Position numbers and translations under genes: made by a program
Notes under the pieces: model-generated
Told to the model about the DNA's origin: nothing
Database searches by the model: none
Seen by the model: the letters and a program-made list of their open reading frames with translations, nothing else
Shown here: positions 29,708-39,501 of the stretch, piece after piece
How positions within the stretch are numbered: the stretch's first letter is position 1
Layout: every line of letters starts with the position of its first letter
From: Ketobacteraceae bacterium
GTDB taxonomy: Bacteria > Pseudomonadota > Gammaproteobacteria > Pseudomonadales > Ketobacteraceae
Direction: 5' to 3'
Assembly: GCA_033722575.1 (NCBI GenBank)
Contig: JAWVYU010000001.1
Location: 1 to 59,722 of the forward strand
DNA: 59,722 nt

Positions 29708-32653
29708 GTGTTTTGGAAACTGAGGGCTAAGGCTTTAGCAGGCTTCGCCTTTTTTGTCTGTATCGGGTTTGCTGTCGGTTTCGCCCAGGCCGATTCTGAT
29801 CTTAAACCGGTTACCGTGCAGCTCAAGTGGAAACACCAGTTCCAGTTTGCGGGGTTTTATGCCGCCATCGAGAACGGGTATTACAGGGATATCGGGCTCG
29901 ATGTCACTCTGAAAGAAGCCGGGCCCGGCACCAATCCTGTTGAAGAGGTTATCAAGGGAAACGCCGACTACGGCGTGGCCAATGCAGAACTGCTTCTGTA
30001 CCGCATGATCGGTGAACCTGTTACCGCGCTGGCTGCCATATTTCAGCATTCCCCACTGGTGATCATTACACTCCGGGAGTCCGGCATCACCACCCCGCAG
30101 GATCTTATCGGCAAGCGGGTGATGTTTCCAGAAGGGCCTTATGGCGCCAATACCCTTGGTGTATTGTTGAAAGAGGGGGTTGATCCTTCACAGGTACAGC
30201 AGGTTCCCCTTTCCTTCAATCTTGAGGATCTTGTCAGCGGCAATGTGGACGCGATGGTGGGCTACATTACCGACAAACCCTACATGCTGAAGGAACGCGG
30301 CATTTCCTTTCAGGTGATTGACCCTGCCGTTTACGGTGTGGACTTTTATGGTGACACACTGTTCACCACCGAAGAACGCTCTGTAGAGCAGTTTGATGAA
30401 GTGAAAGCTTTCCGTGAAGCCACACTGAAAGGCTGGCGCTACGCCCTTAGTCATCAGGCAGAGCTGGTGGATCTGATCCGGGAGAAATACACCACCAGCT
30501 ATTCCCGCGATCAGCTTTTGTATGAAGCCAGGGAAACGGCGGAGCTCATCATGCCCCAGTTGGTCGATCTCGGACACATGAATCCGGACCGCTGGGAACA
30601 TATTGCTGAGACCTTCCGGCAGTTGCATCTGGTGGGAGGCTCCTTTGACAGGGAAGCCTTCGTTTTTGATCCCGCCAACCGCGCCATGAGTTCAGAATTC
30701 CGTTTCTGGCGTAAAGTGTTTCTGGCGGTAGTGGCAGGGGCTGTCGGATTTATTGTATTGCTGAGTGCCTTTAATAGCCGCCTGAAAAAACGGGTTCAGG
30801 AACAGACCGCCCACCTGGAAGAGGCCAACCAGTTTCTGGTGCACCAGACCAACGAGCTTATCGCTGCTGAATCCAGAGTGTCTGAACTGAACCGGGACCT
30901 TGAAAACCGTGTACTGGAGCGCACAGAGGATCTGTTCAGGGCCAACGAGGAGTTGAAAAGCGAGGTGAGTCTGCGTCGGGAGCGGGAGCTTTCGCTACAG
31001 CTCCTGTCCAGCGCACTGGAAAATATTTCCGGGCTGGTGGTCATTATTGATTACAAAGGCTTTGTGACTTATGTCAATCTGGCCTTCAGGGATTTTACCG
31101 GCCAGCTGAGCGCATCTCTTGAGGGCTGCGAGCTGGAGGATCTGGAAGGCTATTTCCAGTTTCCCACCGTGGATCATGAAGATTTTCTTTCCTATGTCAA
31201 AACCAAGCGCAAGATTGAAATCTGCGGCCACGATTCCGGTGGCAAGAGTCACTGGTTCCAGACAACCATCTCCCCGATTTTTACCAGGGACAAGGTTCCG
31301 ACACACTATGTCATAGTCTGTGAGGACGTAACCGTGATGAAGCAGCGCCAGGACCAGATGGAACGACTGGCATTTTACGACCCTCTGACCGGCCTGGAAA
31401 ACCGGGTGCTGTTCAAACAGAATATCCAGAAACTCATGGATATCGTAAAGCGAGACCAGCAGAAAGCCGCGTTACTCTTCATCGATCTGGATCATTTCAA
31501 GGCCATCAATGACACCCACGGCCATGGCACCGGTGATATTGTATTGAAAACCGTTGCCGATCGTATTCGCAGCCAGGTAAGGGATAGTGACTCGGTGGCC
31601 CGCATCAGCGGTGATGAGTTCAGTGTGCTGCTGCGGGATATTGCCAGTCCCCGGGATGTTGCGAGAATCGCCGGTTATATACTGGAAGAAACCATCAAAC
31701 CCATCAGCTACCAGGGCAATGACCATTACGTGTCGGCCAGTATCGGTATCAGTATTACACCAGATGACACCATACTCACAGACGATCTTATCCGGTTTGC
31801 GGATATGGCCATGTACAAAGCCAAGCGTAAAGGGCGCAACAGTTTTCATTTTTACCAGGACCTCACTCAGGAGCAGATCACGGATTCCGAAAAAATGGCG
31901 AATTCCATTCGTGGCTCGCTGGATGAAAGTGAATTCCTGTTTGAGTTTCAGCCCCAGATCTGTCTGAAAAGCAACGAGGTGAAAGCAGTGGAAGCTCTGC
32001 TGCGCTGGAATCGCCACGATGGCAGGGTGCATATGCCGGACGAATTTCTGGAAATTGCCGAACGGGATGATCTGGTGGTAGCCATGGGGCAGTGGATTGT
32101 GAATGAAATTGAAAAAACCCGGGAAGCACTGGCCCTTGCAGGCATGACGGGCGTGAAGGTGGCGGTTAATCTGTCCGCCAAGCAGTTCAGAGACGAACGG
32201 TTTACCATGATACTGGCCGAAGTTGCCAAAGCGCATCCCGAGCACGTTGGCCATATGCAGATCGAAGTCAAAGAAAAGTCATTGTTTGAGGAGCCGGAAG
32301 AAAGCCTGCAGAAGCTTAAGCAGTTCAGGGAACTGGGTTACTCGATTGCCATCGATGATTTCGGCGTAGGCTATCTGTCCGTAAGCTATCTGCGCCAGTT
32401 TCCGGTGGATACCATTAAAATAGACAAATCCCTTATCAGCCGCCTGCCGACCGACGTTGAAGCGGTTGAGGTTACCCTTGCACTGATAGCACTGGCGCAC
32501 AAGCTGAATATCAAGGTGGTTGCCGAAGGGGTTGAATCAGAAGAACAGCTGCGTTTTCTTCGTAACAATGGCTGCGATCTGGCGCAGGGGTTTTATTTCA
32601 GTGAGGCGGTGGGGCTGAGCGAACTTATCAGCCAGCGCTCCAGGCTTCACTAA
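29708..32653 (+). CDS. sensor diguanylate cyclase/phosphodiesterase (periplasmic NMT1/THI5-like SBP domain, TM, coiled coil, PAS, GGDEF, EAL)
   Basis: The GTG at 29708 with GGAAGGA upstream is preferred over 29603. SBP-like VTVQLKWKHQFQFAGFYAAIENGYY. The GGDEF domain has SGDEF (31607-31621) and an RxxD I-site (RDSD, 31580-31591). The EAL motif is at 31991-31999. Confidence 0.85.
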   Translation: MFWKLRAKALAGFAFFVCIGFAVGFAQADSDLKPVTVQLKWKHQFQFAGFYAAIENGYYRDIGLDVTLKEAGPGTNPVEEVIKGNADYGVANAELLLYRMIGEPVTALAAIFQHSPLVIITLRESGITTPQDLIGKRVMFPEGPYGANTLGVLLKEGVDPSQVQQVPLSFNLEDLVSGNVDAMVGYITDKPYMLKERGISFQVIDPAVYGVDFYGDTLFTTEERSVEQFDEVKAFREATLKGWRYALSHQAELVDLIREKYTTSYSRDQLLYEARETAELIMPQLVDLGHMNPDRWEHIAETFRQLHLVGGSFDREAFVFDPANRAMSSEFRFWRKVFLAVVAGAVGFIVLLSAFNSRLKKRVQEQTAHLEEANQFLVHQTNELIAAESRVSELNRDLENRVLERTEDLFRANEELKSEVSLRRERELSLQLLSSALENISGLVVIIDYKGFVTYVNLAFRDFTGQLSASLEGCELEDLEGYFQFPTVDHEDFLSYVKTKRKIEICGHDSGGKSHWFQTTISPIFTRDKVPTHYVIVCEDVTVMKQRQDQMERLAFYDPLTGLENRVLFKQNIQKLMDIVKRDQQKAALLFIDLDHFKAINDTHGHGTGDIVLKTVADRIRSQVRDSDSVARISGDEFSVLLRDIASPRDVARIAGYILEETIKPISYQGNDHYVSASIGISITPDDTILTDDLIRFADMAMYKAKRKGRNSFHFYQDLTQEQITDSEKMANSIRGSLDESEFLFEFQPQICLKSNEVKAVEALLRWNRHDGRVHMPDEFLEIAERDDLVVAMGQWIVNEIEKTREALALAGMTGVKVAVNLSAKQFRDERFTMILAEVAKAHPEHVGHMQIEVKEKSLFEEPEESLQKLKQFRELGYSIAIDDFGVGYLSVSYLRQFPVDTIKIDKSLISRLPTDVEAVEVTLALIALAHKLNIKVVAEGVESEEQLRFLRNNGCDLAQGFYFSEAVGLSELISQRSRLH

Positions 32654-32691
32654 CTTTTTTCAAAACTGAACAAAACACAGGGAGCACAGTC

Positions 32692-33477
32692 TTGAGTCTG
32701 GAGCTTGTACAAGTGGACGCTTTTAGCCGGCAGCTATTCGGTGGAAACCCGGCGGCAGTTATTGTGGTGGATGACTGGCCTGATAACGGGTTAATGCAGA
32801 ATATTGCCATGGAAAACCAGCTGTCAGAGACGGTGTTTGTGAAACAGGAAGATGCTGGCTGGGGGATTCGCTGGTTTACCCCGGATATCGAAGTGGACCT
32901 TTGTGGTCATGCCACGCTGGCAGCAGCTTACGTTTTATTTCAGGATGCCCGGGTATCCGGTGACATGATTCATTTTACCAGTCAGAGTGGACCTTTGTCG
33001 GTGCAGCGGGAGGCCGACAGGCTATACCTCGATTTTCCCTCCCGGCCCGGAACGCCCCTGAAGGCCCTTGAAGGTTTTGCGAATGCCATCGGACAAGAAG
33101 TGCTGGCGGGGTTTCAGTCCAGAGACACTTTGCTGATTCTGGAAAGCCAGGAACAGGTGGAGGATTGCAAGCCGGATATGCGGGCGTTATCCCTGCTGGA
33201 TACCTTTGCGGTGATAATTTCTGCCCCCGGCAGGGATTGTGACTTTGTCTCCCGTTTCTTTGCGCCGGGTGCGGGAATAGATGAGGATCCGGTAACAGGG
33301 TCAGCACACTGTACACTAACACCTTACTGGGCCGAACGGCTGAACAGAACCAGCCTCAGAGCACGGCAGTTATCCCGGCGCGGCGGTGAACTGTTCTGTG
33401 AGTATTTGGGGGAGCGGGTCCGTATCGGTGGGTATTGCAAGGAGTATATGCGGGGACGCATTGCGCTGCCGGATTAA
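32692..33477 (+). CDS. PhzF-family isomerase-like protein
   Basis: 261-aa ORF with a TTG start. LVQVDAFSRQLFGGNPAAVIVV is the typical PhzF-family N-terminus. Confidence 0.8.
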   Translation: MSLELVQVDAFSRQLFGGNPAAVIVVDDWPDNGLMQNIAMENQLSETVFVKQEDAGWGIRWFTPDIEVDLCGHATLAAAYVLFQDARVSGDMIHFTSQSGPLSVQREADRLYLDFPSRPGTPLKALEGFANAIGQEVLAGFQSRDTLLILESQEQVEDCKPDMRALSLLDTFAVIISAPGRDCDFVSRFFAPGAGIDEDPVTGSAHCTLTPYWAERLNRTSLRARQLSRRGGELFCEYLGERVRIGGYCKEYMRGRIALPD

Positions 33478-33487
33478 CAAAGAAAAA

Positions 33488-33514
33488 GGGCGGGAGGCAT
33501 AATGCCACCCGCCC
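33488..33514. terminator. bidirectional intrinsic terminator hairpin between the PhzF-like gene and the CRTAC1-like gene
   Basis: GGGCGGGAGGCAT pairs with ATGCCACCCGCCC (one A/A mismatch). Flanked by AGAAAAA on the left, which gives a T-run for the minus-strand transcript, and TTTG on the right. Confidence 0.6.
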
Positions 33515-33541
33515 TTTGCGTGCTACTGCGTGAGTGCTTTG

Positions 33542-36271
33542 TTACTGATTGATCAGACTATACTGGTTTTTGGACAGCTGATAGGTCTCCACCTTTCCTT
33601 GTCCACACCAGTCAACCTGCAGTGAGACATGACCCGGGTACTGGTCCAGCCCGAACAGCAGACGCTGGTCGGATTGCGCTACCAGTCCGTTAGATGCCAT
33701 CACTTCACGATACTGCATGGGCAAATCCGTGGAATCTTCATACACCAGGGTGGCCTTGGTGCCCACTGCATCCCGGTTACAGGTAGTGCCGTTACCCACC
33801 AGTTTTACGCCGGCCCACTGCTTGTCTTTGGAATCGTTCCGGTAAATGCCCAGGGGAGCGAAGGGCTGTGATACCAGTACGTCCAGGTCACCATCGTTGT
33901 CGAGGTCGACGGTGGCAATACCACGGGCCACTTCGGTGTCGCTCCATCCCACCTGGTCTGCAGCATCCACGAAGTAATCGCCGGTGTTCAGATAAACCCG
34001 TTTCTTGTCGTGGGGATAGATACAACGGCCCCGCAGGTCTGCGTACCGGTCAGCATAGCTGTGGACTTCCGGGCCGGTGAGGGCAATCTTGTCATTCCAG
34101 TACCAGTAGTCCGGACAACCTTCATAAAGCTCGTCGTAATTGTCATTCACCATGCCGTTGGCCTGAAGAATATCCAGACGACCGTCACGGTCAATATCTG
34201 CCGCGGCTGCACCCCAGCCGAAACGGTTTTCATTCAGGGCGTTCAGTGCCATGGCACGGTCTTCCATACCGTAAGGGCCTTCGGTATCCAGCGTGCCCTT
34301 GTTAATCCACAGCATGGAGCCTTCTGCCTGGAGCGCCACGTGTACGTTGGATACATAAACATCCAGCAGGCCGTCGCTGTTGAAGTCTGCCATGGTGGCG
34401 TTCATGCCTTTATAGGTATCACGGCCCATTTCACCCACGAAGCGGCCTTTGAGTTGTTTGAACCTGCGGCCTTCTTCGCTGATAAACAGCTGATCGGGAC
34501 CAAAATCGTTGGCCAGGTAAATATCGGGCCATCCGTCTTTGTTCAGGTCACCTACGGCGTGGTCCAGAGTCCAGCGGGTACCGGTGTAACCCCAGGCTTC
34601 ATTATCCTGTGCCACGAATCCCTGGCCGTTGTTCAGGAAAATAATGTTTTCACCACCATTATCGGCGTTGTGCCAGGTGCGGTGCATGAAGTGTACGCCG
34701 CGACGGTCGCCTTCATATTCCGGCTCCGGCAGATCAAAAATATTGAAATAGCGGGTGTCTTCATAATCCGGGAATTTCACTTGCAATGAGTTGGCTACCA
34801 GCAGGTCCAGCAGACCATCCTGGTTCAGGTCAGCGGCAGTGGCGCTCATCGAGTTGGTGTAGGCTAATACGTTGGCTTCACCGGTTACATCAACAAAGCC
34901 GAGGGTGCCGGATTCACTCAGGGTGTTCTGCAGCAGGCGTCCGTAACCAAAACCGGTTACCACGTAAAGGTCCTTGTCGCCATCGTTGTCGTAGTCAAAC
35001 CACAGGCCGCCAGAGGGCAGGCCATTCTCGCGGAAATTCTTGACGTAATCGTTCAGCGCAGGCAGCGGGAAGCGCTCAAAGCTGAAGCCGCCATTGTTGA
35101 TATACAGCGCAACGCGGGCTTCCTGGGTTTTCAGCGGGTAGCTGATAAAGAAATCCTGGTCACCGTCGTTGTCAACATCCGCCACGGCTACGCCATCACC
35201 CTGTGCCAGTATCCACTTGCTGAGGTGCTGAACTCTCGGGTCTACCTGAGTCAGGGTATCACCCGGCTCCGAAAGAATACCCAGGGATTCCGCCTCGATC
35301 TTGGTGAATTTGAAGCCCGGATCGGCTACCGGACTGTAAGTGTGACCGATGTTATAGAGGGCAACGCCCATCAGGCCCACCAGCGGTATACCTGCCAGCC
35401 GGGGCAGATAGCCTTTGAAGCTGTCCATAAAAGAATGCTGCGGATTGTGCTTTTTGAATTCATACCAGCGATAGAAATACATCAGGCAGTAGAATACGAA
35501 GCCTGCCTTGAACAGGGTGGAAAGCGATTCGAACTTATGAAGTGCCAGATCGAAAAAGCTGATAAAAAAGGCCATGAAGATCTGTCCTTTGGTGGATCGC
35601 GGCGAGGTTGCGGGATCCGTAATCATAAAGAAGGTGAACAGATAGAAAGCCGGTGATGTAATGGTACCCATGATTATGGTTTCAGGGGGTACGTGGTGTT
35701 GCGTGATATAACCGCGAATAAAAAGCGTGAGGGTATAGAAACCCAGGAACGAAATAATCAGCGGATTTCGGTTAATCCGGAATACAAACAGGATTAGTGC
35801 AGCCGTTACCACAAACGCCGAGAAAGCGGTGTAGCCACCCCACTGATAGGCCGGAGCGGGACTGATCATTCCGCCCCCAATGGTCACTGCTGTTAACAGG
35901 CCAAACAGATTGGGGTTAAAAATATGCCGGCCATTCACGGTGATCAGATATTTTGATGCCACCGCGAAAAAGGCAGGAATCATCGGGAACCAGATACCGT
36001 GCGCGGTATTCACCAGTATGCTCAGACCAAAACCGGTAATGGCTGAGCTGAGAGGAAACAATACTTTCCGGCGGAAGATAATGGAAAATATTGTATCAAG
36101 GGCACAGGTAGTGCCCACGATCACAGCGATCTGGCCAAGGCTCCGGTTAAAGCCCAGGACGGTGACGCCCAGGATAACGTATGTTATCAGTATGGCGACA
36201 AATGGAAGACGAGGATCATTCCTGGTGGGAAATCGGTCCCAGGTGATCCCTCCGATGGTTGCGGCAGTCAT
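33542..36271 (-). CDS. membrane-anchored FG-GAP/VCBP-repeat protein, CRTAC1/ASPIC-UnbV type, with an RnfD/NqrB-like N-terminal membrane domain
   Basis: 909-aa ORF. About 330 aa of polytopic N-terminus containing GRHIFNPNLFG (RnfD/NqrB-like). Then seven Dx(D/N)xDGxxD blades (DVDNDGDQD, DYDNDGDKD, DLNQDGLLD, DLNKDGWPD, DFNSDGLLD, DIDRDGRLD, DLDNDGDLD). The tail is UnbV/ASPIC-like (NRDAVGTKATLVY...LLFGL). Confidence 0.7.
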   Translation of the reverse strand: MTAATIGGITWDRFPTRNDPRLPFVAILITYVILGVTVLGFNRSLGQIAVIVGTTCALDTIFSIIFRRKVLFPLSSAITGFGLSILVNTAHGIWFPMIPAFFAVASKYLITVNGRHIFNPNLFGLLTAVTIGGGMISPAPAYQWGGYTAFSAFVVTAALILFVFRINRNPLIISFLGFYTLTLFIRGYITQHHVPPETIIMGTITSPAFYLFTFFMITDPATSPRSTKGQIFMAFFISFFDLALHKFESLSTLFKAGFVFYCLMYFYRWYEFKKHNPQHSFMDSFKGYLPRLAGIPLVGLMGVALYNIGHTYSPVADPGFKFTKIEAESLGILSEPGDTLTQVDPRVQHLSKWILAQGDGVAVADVDNDGDQDFFISYPLKTQEARVALYINNGGFSFERFPLPALNDYVKNFRENGLPSGGLWFDYDNDGDKDLYVVTGFGYGRLLQNTLSESGTLGFVDVTGEANVLAYTNSMSATAADLNQDGLLDLLVANSLQVKFPDYEDTRYFNIFDLPEPEYEGDRRGVHFMHRTWHNADNGGENIIFLNNGQGFVAQDNEAWGYTGTRWTLDHAVGDLNKDGWPDIYLANDFGPDQLFISEEGRRFKQLKGRFVGEMGRDTYKGMNATMADFNSDGLLDVYVSNVHVALQAEGSMLWINKGTLDTEGPYGMEDRAMALNALNENRFGWGAAAADIDRDGRLDILQANGMVNDNYDELYEGCPDYWYWNDKIALTGPEVHSYADRYADLRGRCIYPHDKKRVYLNTGDYFVDAADQVGWSDTEVARGIATVDLDNDGDLDVLVSQPFAPLGIYRNDSKDKQWAGVKLVGNGTTCNRDAVGTKATLVYEDSTDLPMQYREVMASNGLVAQSDQRLLFGLDQYPGHVSLQVDWCGQGKVETYQLSKNQYSLINQ

Positions 36272-36311
36272 TTTCTTGCTCCTATAAGTTTAGGGTGATA
36301 AAGGGATTCAT

Positions 36312-37301
36312 TCATACAGTTCGGTTTGGCACAGAGTCGACAAATGCCTGAAACGGGTCTTTCGACCTGATTTCATTCATAAAACTGAACATCTCGACGT
36401 TGGTAATATTCCCGGTGGTTGTATCTGACAATCGCTTCTGGACTTCTGGCAGGTTATGCCAGGGCACTGCAGGGAACAGGTGGTGTTCTGTGTGCAGGTT
36501 GAAGTGATAACAGGTGATCGCCGATAACCAGGGGGGCATCAGCGCAGTACGGCAGTGGCTGTCCTGCTCATGCAAAGGCACCGCATCAGGGTGGGAGTCG
36601 CTGATGTAGGGGTACAGACCCGAGTGATGGGTCAGGTTAATGCATTCAAAAAAGATATAGAAAAAGATAAAAGCCGGTGCGATATAGGCCAGCGCGGATT
36701 CGCCCAGCAGAACAACGAGGCCCACCAGCGCTGCGGCGGTTATCAGGGTGGAGATCGCTCCGTACAGCGCGTTGCTGGTATTCCCGGCCCGCCATTGCTT
36801 GAACGGATACATCCAGAATGCCGCAACGACGCCCCCTAGTGCGGCCAATGGAATACGCAGCTTCCAGAGAACCAACAGCAGGTTCCGCATGATGGGGCCG
36901 TATTCCTTGATGGAGAGCAGGCCGACGGAGGTCGGGTCCTTGTCGACCACGCCAACCCACTTATGATGCTCGAAGTGGGCGTTGCGCCAGCAGAGGTAGG
37001 GTACGGCACACAAGCACCCGAAGAGGGTGCCGAACATGGTGTTGAGGCTTTTCTGACCGAACAGGGTGCCATGACCGCATTCATGAGTCAGCACAAAGCA
37101 GCGGAACAGGCTCAGGCCCAGCAGCGCCTGCAGTATCCAGTAGCCCGGTGAAAACAGTTCCACCAGCCACAAGCCATAAATAATCGCGGCCATCACGATC
37201 AGCTCTGTGGTGGTGGTGACGAACGCCCGGGTGTTGCTCTTGCGGAACAAGCCGTCAGACATCAGGGATTTTCGTATGGTTACATATTCTGCGCGGTTCA
37301 T
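36312..37301 (-). CDS. membrane fatty-acid desaturase family protein
   Basis: 329-aa ORF with three His boxes (HECGHGT, HFEHHKW, HTEHHLFP) and hydrophobic segments. Confidence 0.85.
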   Translation of the reverse strand: MNRAEYVTIRKSLMSDGLFRKSNTRAFVTTTTELIVMAAIIYGLWLVELFSPGYWILQALLGLSLFRCFVLTHECGHGTLFGQKSLNTMFGTLFGCLCAVPYLCWRNAHFEHHKWVGVVDKDPTSVGLLSIKEYGPIMRNLLLVLWKLRIPLAALGGVVAAFWMYPFKQWRAGNTSNALYGAISTLITAAALVGLVVLLGESALAYIAPAFIFFYIFFECINLTHHSGLYPYISDSHPDAVPLHEQDSHCRTALMPPWLSAITCYHFNLHTEHHLFPAVPWHNLPEVQKRLSDTTTGNITNVEMFSFMNEIRSKDPFQAFVDSVPNRTV

Positions 37302-37318
37302 GTGTCGTTTCCTTTCAA

Positions 37319-38449
37319 CTAGTGCAGCGCCATTTCAAAGCCAGGGTTTATGCTGGAAAAATTCTCGATATCAAAGCTGTGGTCATTACCCCGGAAGCCG
37401 TAAAGATCCATAGGTACCTTTTGCACTCTGAAACCGGATAAGCCTTTCTCCAGCTTGCTTTGCTGGGGCACGAATGCCGCGATAAAGTGATAATTCCTGC
37501 CGCGGTGGTGGTTGTAGATACCACGCAGCAGCTGATTCATCAGTTCCGGATCATCATTTTCAATTTCAAGATGAGTCAGCCCCAGCAGATTGAAACACTC
37601 CCCCGGTTTGGGCATGGGGGCATGGCCTCTCAGCCTGGCTTCAAGATCGATACCCTTGCGGATCAGCTTCATGGTTCCGCGGTAACCGTGCACCCTGCTG
37701 CGGCGCAGGCTGTCGGCGTTATTCCACGGGGCGGCACAGGCAACAATCTTTCCTTCCTTGTTCCTGATGGCAAAGAAATTGTTCACGCCGAAATCCGGCC
37801 AGCTTTCGATCCGGTTACGCAGCATGGCTTCATCTATAACAAAGCCGAAAGCTCTTTTTCTCGCCTGTTTCCCAAGAAATGCTGCCAGCTCGGGAATGTC
37901 GCTATCCTGTAACTGGTTCACTTCCAGCGTTTGCGGAATGGCACGGTTCAGTACCTGGAGGTTTACCATGTGATAAGGCGTTATCAGCGATGCGTTGGCC
38001 ATGCGCTGAGCGTACTGGGCGCTGGCATTGGAGCGCATGATGGAGAAATAGAACACATCAACCGGCTCTTGCCGTTTTATGTAGTCGATAAATATCGAAA
38101 TACTCTGGGGAAACACCTTGCCGCTGCGAAATCGCTCCGCCATGCGCAGGTCACAAAGGTATCCGATGGATTTTATTTCTCCGTTAAGCCAGCCTTTACG
38201 GACAACCACCGAGCAGCAGCCGGCAATGCGCTCCTGTTCGGCCAGGTTGTCGGACTTGTCTTCCAGCACTATGGTATAGGGGGTGCCGGAATGGAGTTTC
38301 CGCAGGGCGAAAAAATCCGGCTCACGCTCTTCAGTGAGAATCAGATCCGACGGCATACTGACACTGCGAAACAGTGCGCAGAGGCTGTCATTGTCCTCTG
38401 GTTGTGCGAGCCGCAGACGCCACTCCGGCTGGTCGAAGACTATATCCAA
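37319..38449 (-). CDS. hypothetical protein (possibly a GNAT-fold acyltransferase; unverified)
   Basis: 376-aa ORF. The TTG start lies inside the last codons of the Rieske gene. The N-terminal pattern RLRLAQPEDNDSLCALFRSV ... CCSVVVRKGWLNGEIKSIGYLCDLRMAERFRSGK is reminiscent of GNAT beta1-beta4/alpha3. I am not sure of any family assignment. Confidence 0.45.
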   Translation of the reverse strand: MDIVFDQPEWRLRLAQPEDNDSLCALFRSVSMPSDLILTEEREPDFFALRKLHSGTPYTIVLEDKSDNLAEQERIAGCCSVVVRKGWLNGEIKSIGYLCDLRMAERFRSGKVFPQSISIFIDYIKRQEPVDVFYFSIMRSNASAQYAQRMANASLITPYHMVNLQVLNRAIPQTLEVNQLQDSDIPELAAFLGKQARKRAFGFVIDEAMLRNRIESWPDFGVNNFFAIRNKEGKIVACAAPWNNADSLRRSRVHGYRGTMKLIRKGIDLEARLRGHAPMPKPGECFNLLGLTHLEIENDDPELMNQLLRGIYNHHRGRNYHFIAAFVPQQSKLEKGLSGFRVQKVPMDLYGFRGNDHSFDIENFSSINPGFEMALH

Positions 38450-39501
38450 AAGTCCATCTCCCGTTTCATGGGTTTGGGGCGTGGCCCCTCACAGCCGGAC
38501 TCTTCCCATTCCCGCAATGACTCGATAAACAGGTGCAATGTGTCAGCCGGCGTACTCTTGAAATCGGGCTCTTCTTCCTGCAGTGAGGCTCCCTGATTGG
38601 CCATGATCTCTACATCCTGCTCGATCACCTGACGGGTGTACCAGGGCAGCCAGTATTTCGCGGTGGGCTGCAATATGCCCAGGTTGTAACTGATGCATGT
38701 ATACACCTGGGATTTGAAGTCGCTGACAGGCGTGGAGGTGCTGGTAATCACAAAACCGCGCTCGTTGTTGCCAAACACATAGTCCACGCGGGTGTTGTTG
38801 GGCATATAGAAATTATCGGTGTGATAGAGCGGCAGTTTTTTGGGGTTCAGCAAGCGCTCTGCAAAACCAATGGCATCCTCTGTCTGGTCATAGGTCACCA
38901 GTACTGAATTTTCGGTGCGCTCAACGGTGGCTTTCACCAGCTTTTTGGTCCGGTCACGGAACCAGCCCTCGTGCACGAACACCGTATGAGGCACGTCCAT
39001 GAAATTCTCTGCCAGATGGGTAACGCCATTGTCGAATTCGGTGACCATGTAATAGGTTTTCCAGCCTTTTACGCCGTAAAACGGCATGGGGAAGGGCTTT
39101 TTCTCCGGATCGGGCTCCTTGCTTTCGCCCATCCAGACCCATACCAGTCCTTCCTGCTCGATAACGGGAAAACGCTCAACCTTGCGATTGGAAAAGGGCT
39201 TGCCGTTCTCACCCTCAGAGGGCACGTTCACGCAGTTGCCTTCGCTGTCGAAGGTCCAGCCGTGGTAAGGGCATTTGATGCAGTTTTTCTTGACTTTGCC
39301 TTCACTGAGGAAAACATTGCGGTGTGAACAGCGATCGCGCAGCACAGAGACTTCACCCTGTTTGTTGCGCCATAACACCAGCCGGGTCTCCAGAATGGTG
39401 CTGGAGTGGGGCTTGTCCACTTTCAAATCCTCTGATGTACAGGCAACGTACCAGTACTCGCGCAGTGCTCCAACGCGCTCTCTCATAGGAATCTTTTTCA
39501 T
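38440..39501 (-). CDS. Rieske [2Fe-2S] non-heme-iron oxygenase (alpha-subunit type, PAO/KshA-like)
   Basis: 353-aa ORF. Rieske motif CSHRNVFLSEGKVKKNCIKCPYHGW (CxH-x17-CxxH). Mononuclear iron motif ENFMDVPHTVFVH (E-x3-D-x2-H-x4-H). Confidence 0.85.
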   Translation of the reverse strand: MKKIPMRERVGALREYWYVACTSEDLKVDKPHSSTILETRLVLWRNKQGEVSVLRDRCSHRNVFLSEGKVKKNCIKCPYHGWTFDSEGNCVNVPSEGENGKPFSNRKVERFPVIEQEGLVWVWMGESKEPDPEKKPFPMPFYGVKGWKTYYMVTEFDNGVTHLAENFMDVPHTVFVHEGWFRDRTKKLVKATVERTENSVLVTYDQTEDAIGFAERLLNPKKLPLYHTDNFYMPNNTRVDYVFGNNERGFVITSTSTPVSDFKSQVYTCISYNLGILQPTAKYWLPWYTRQVIEQDVEIMANQGASLQEEEPDFKSTPADTLHLFIESLREWEESGCEGPRPKPMKREMDFWI

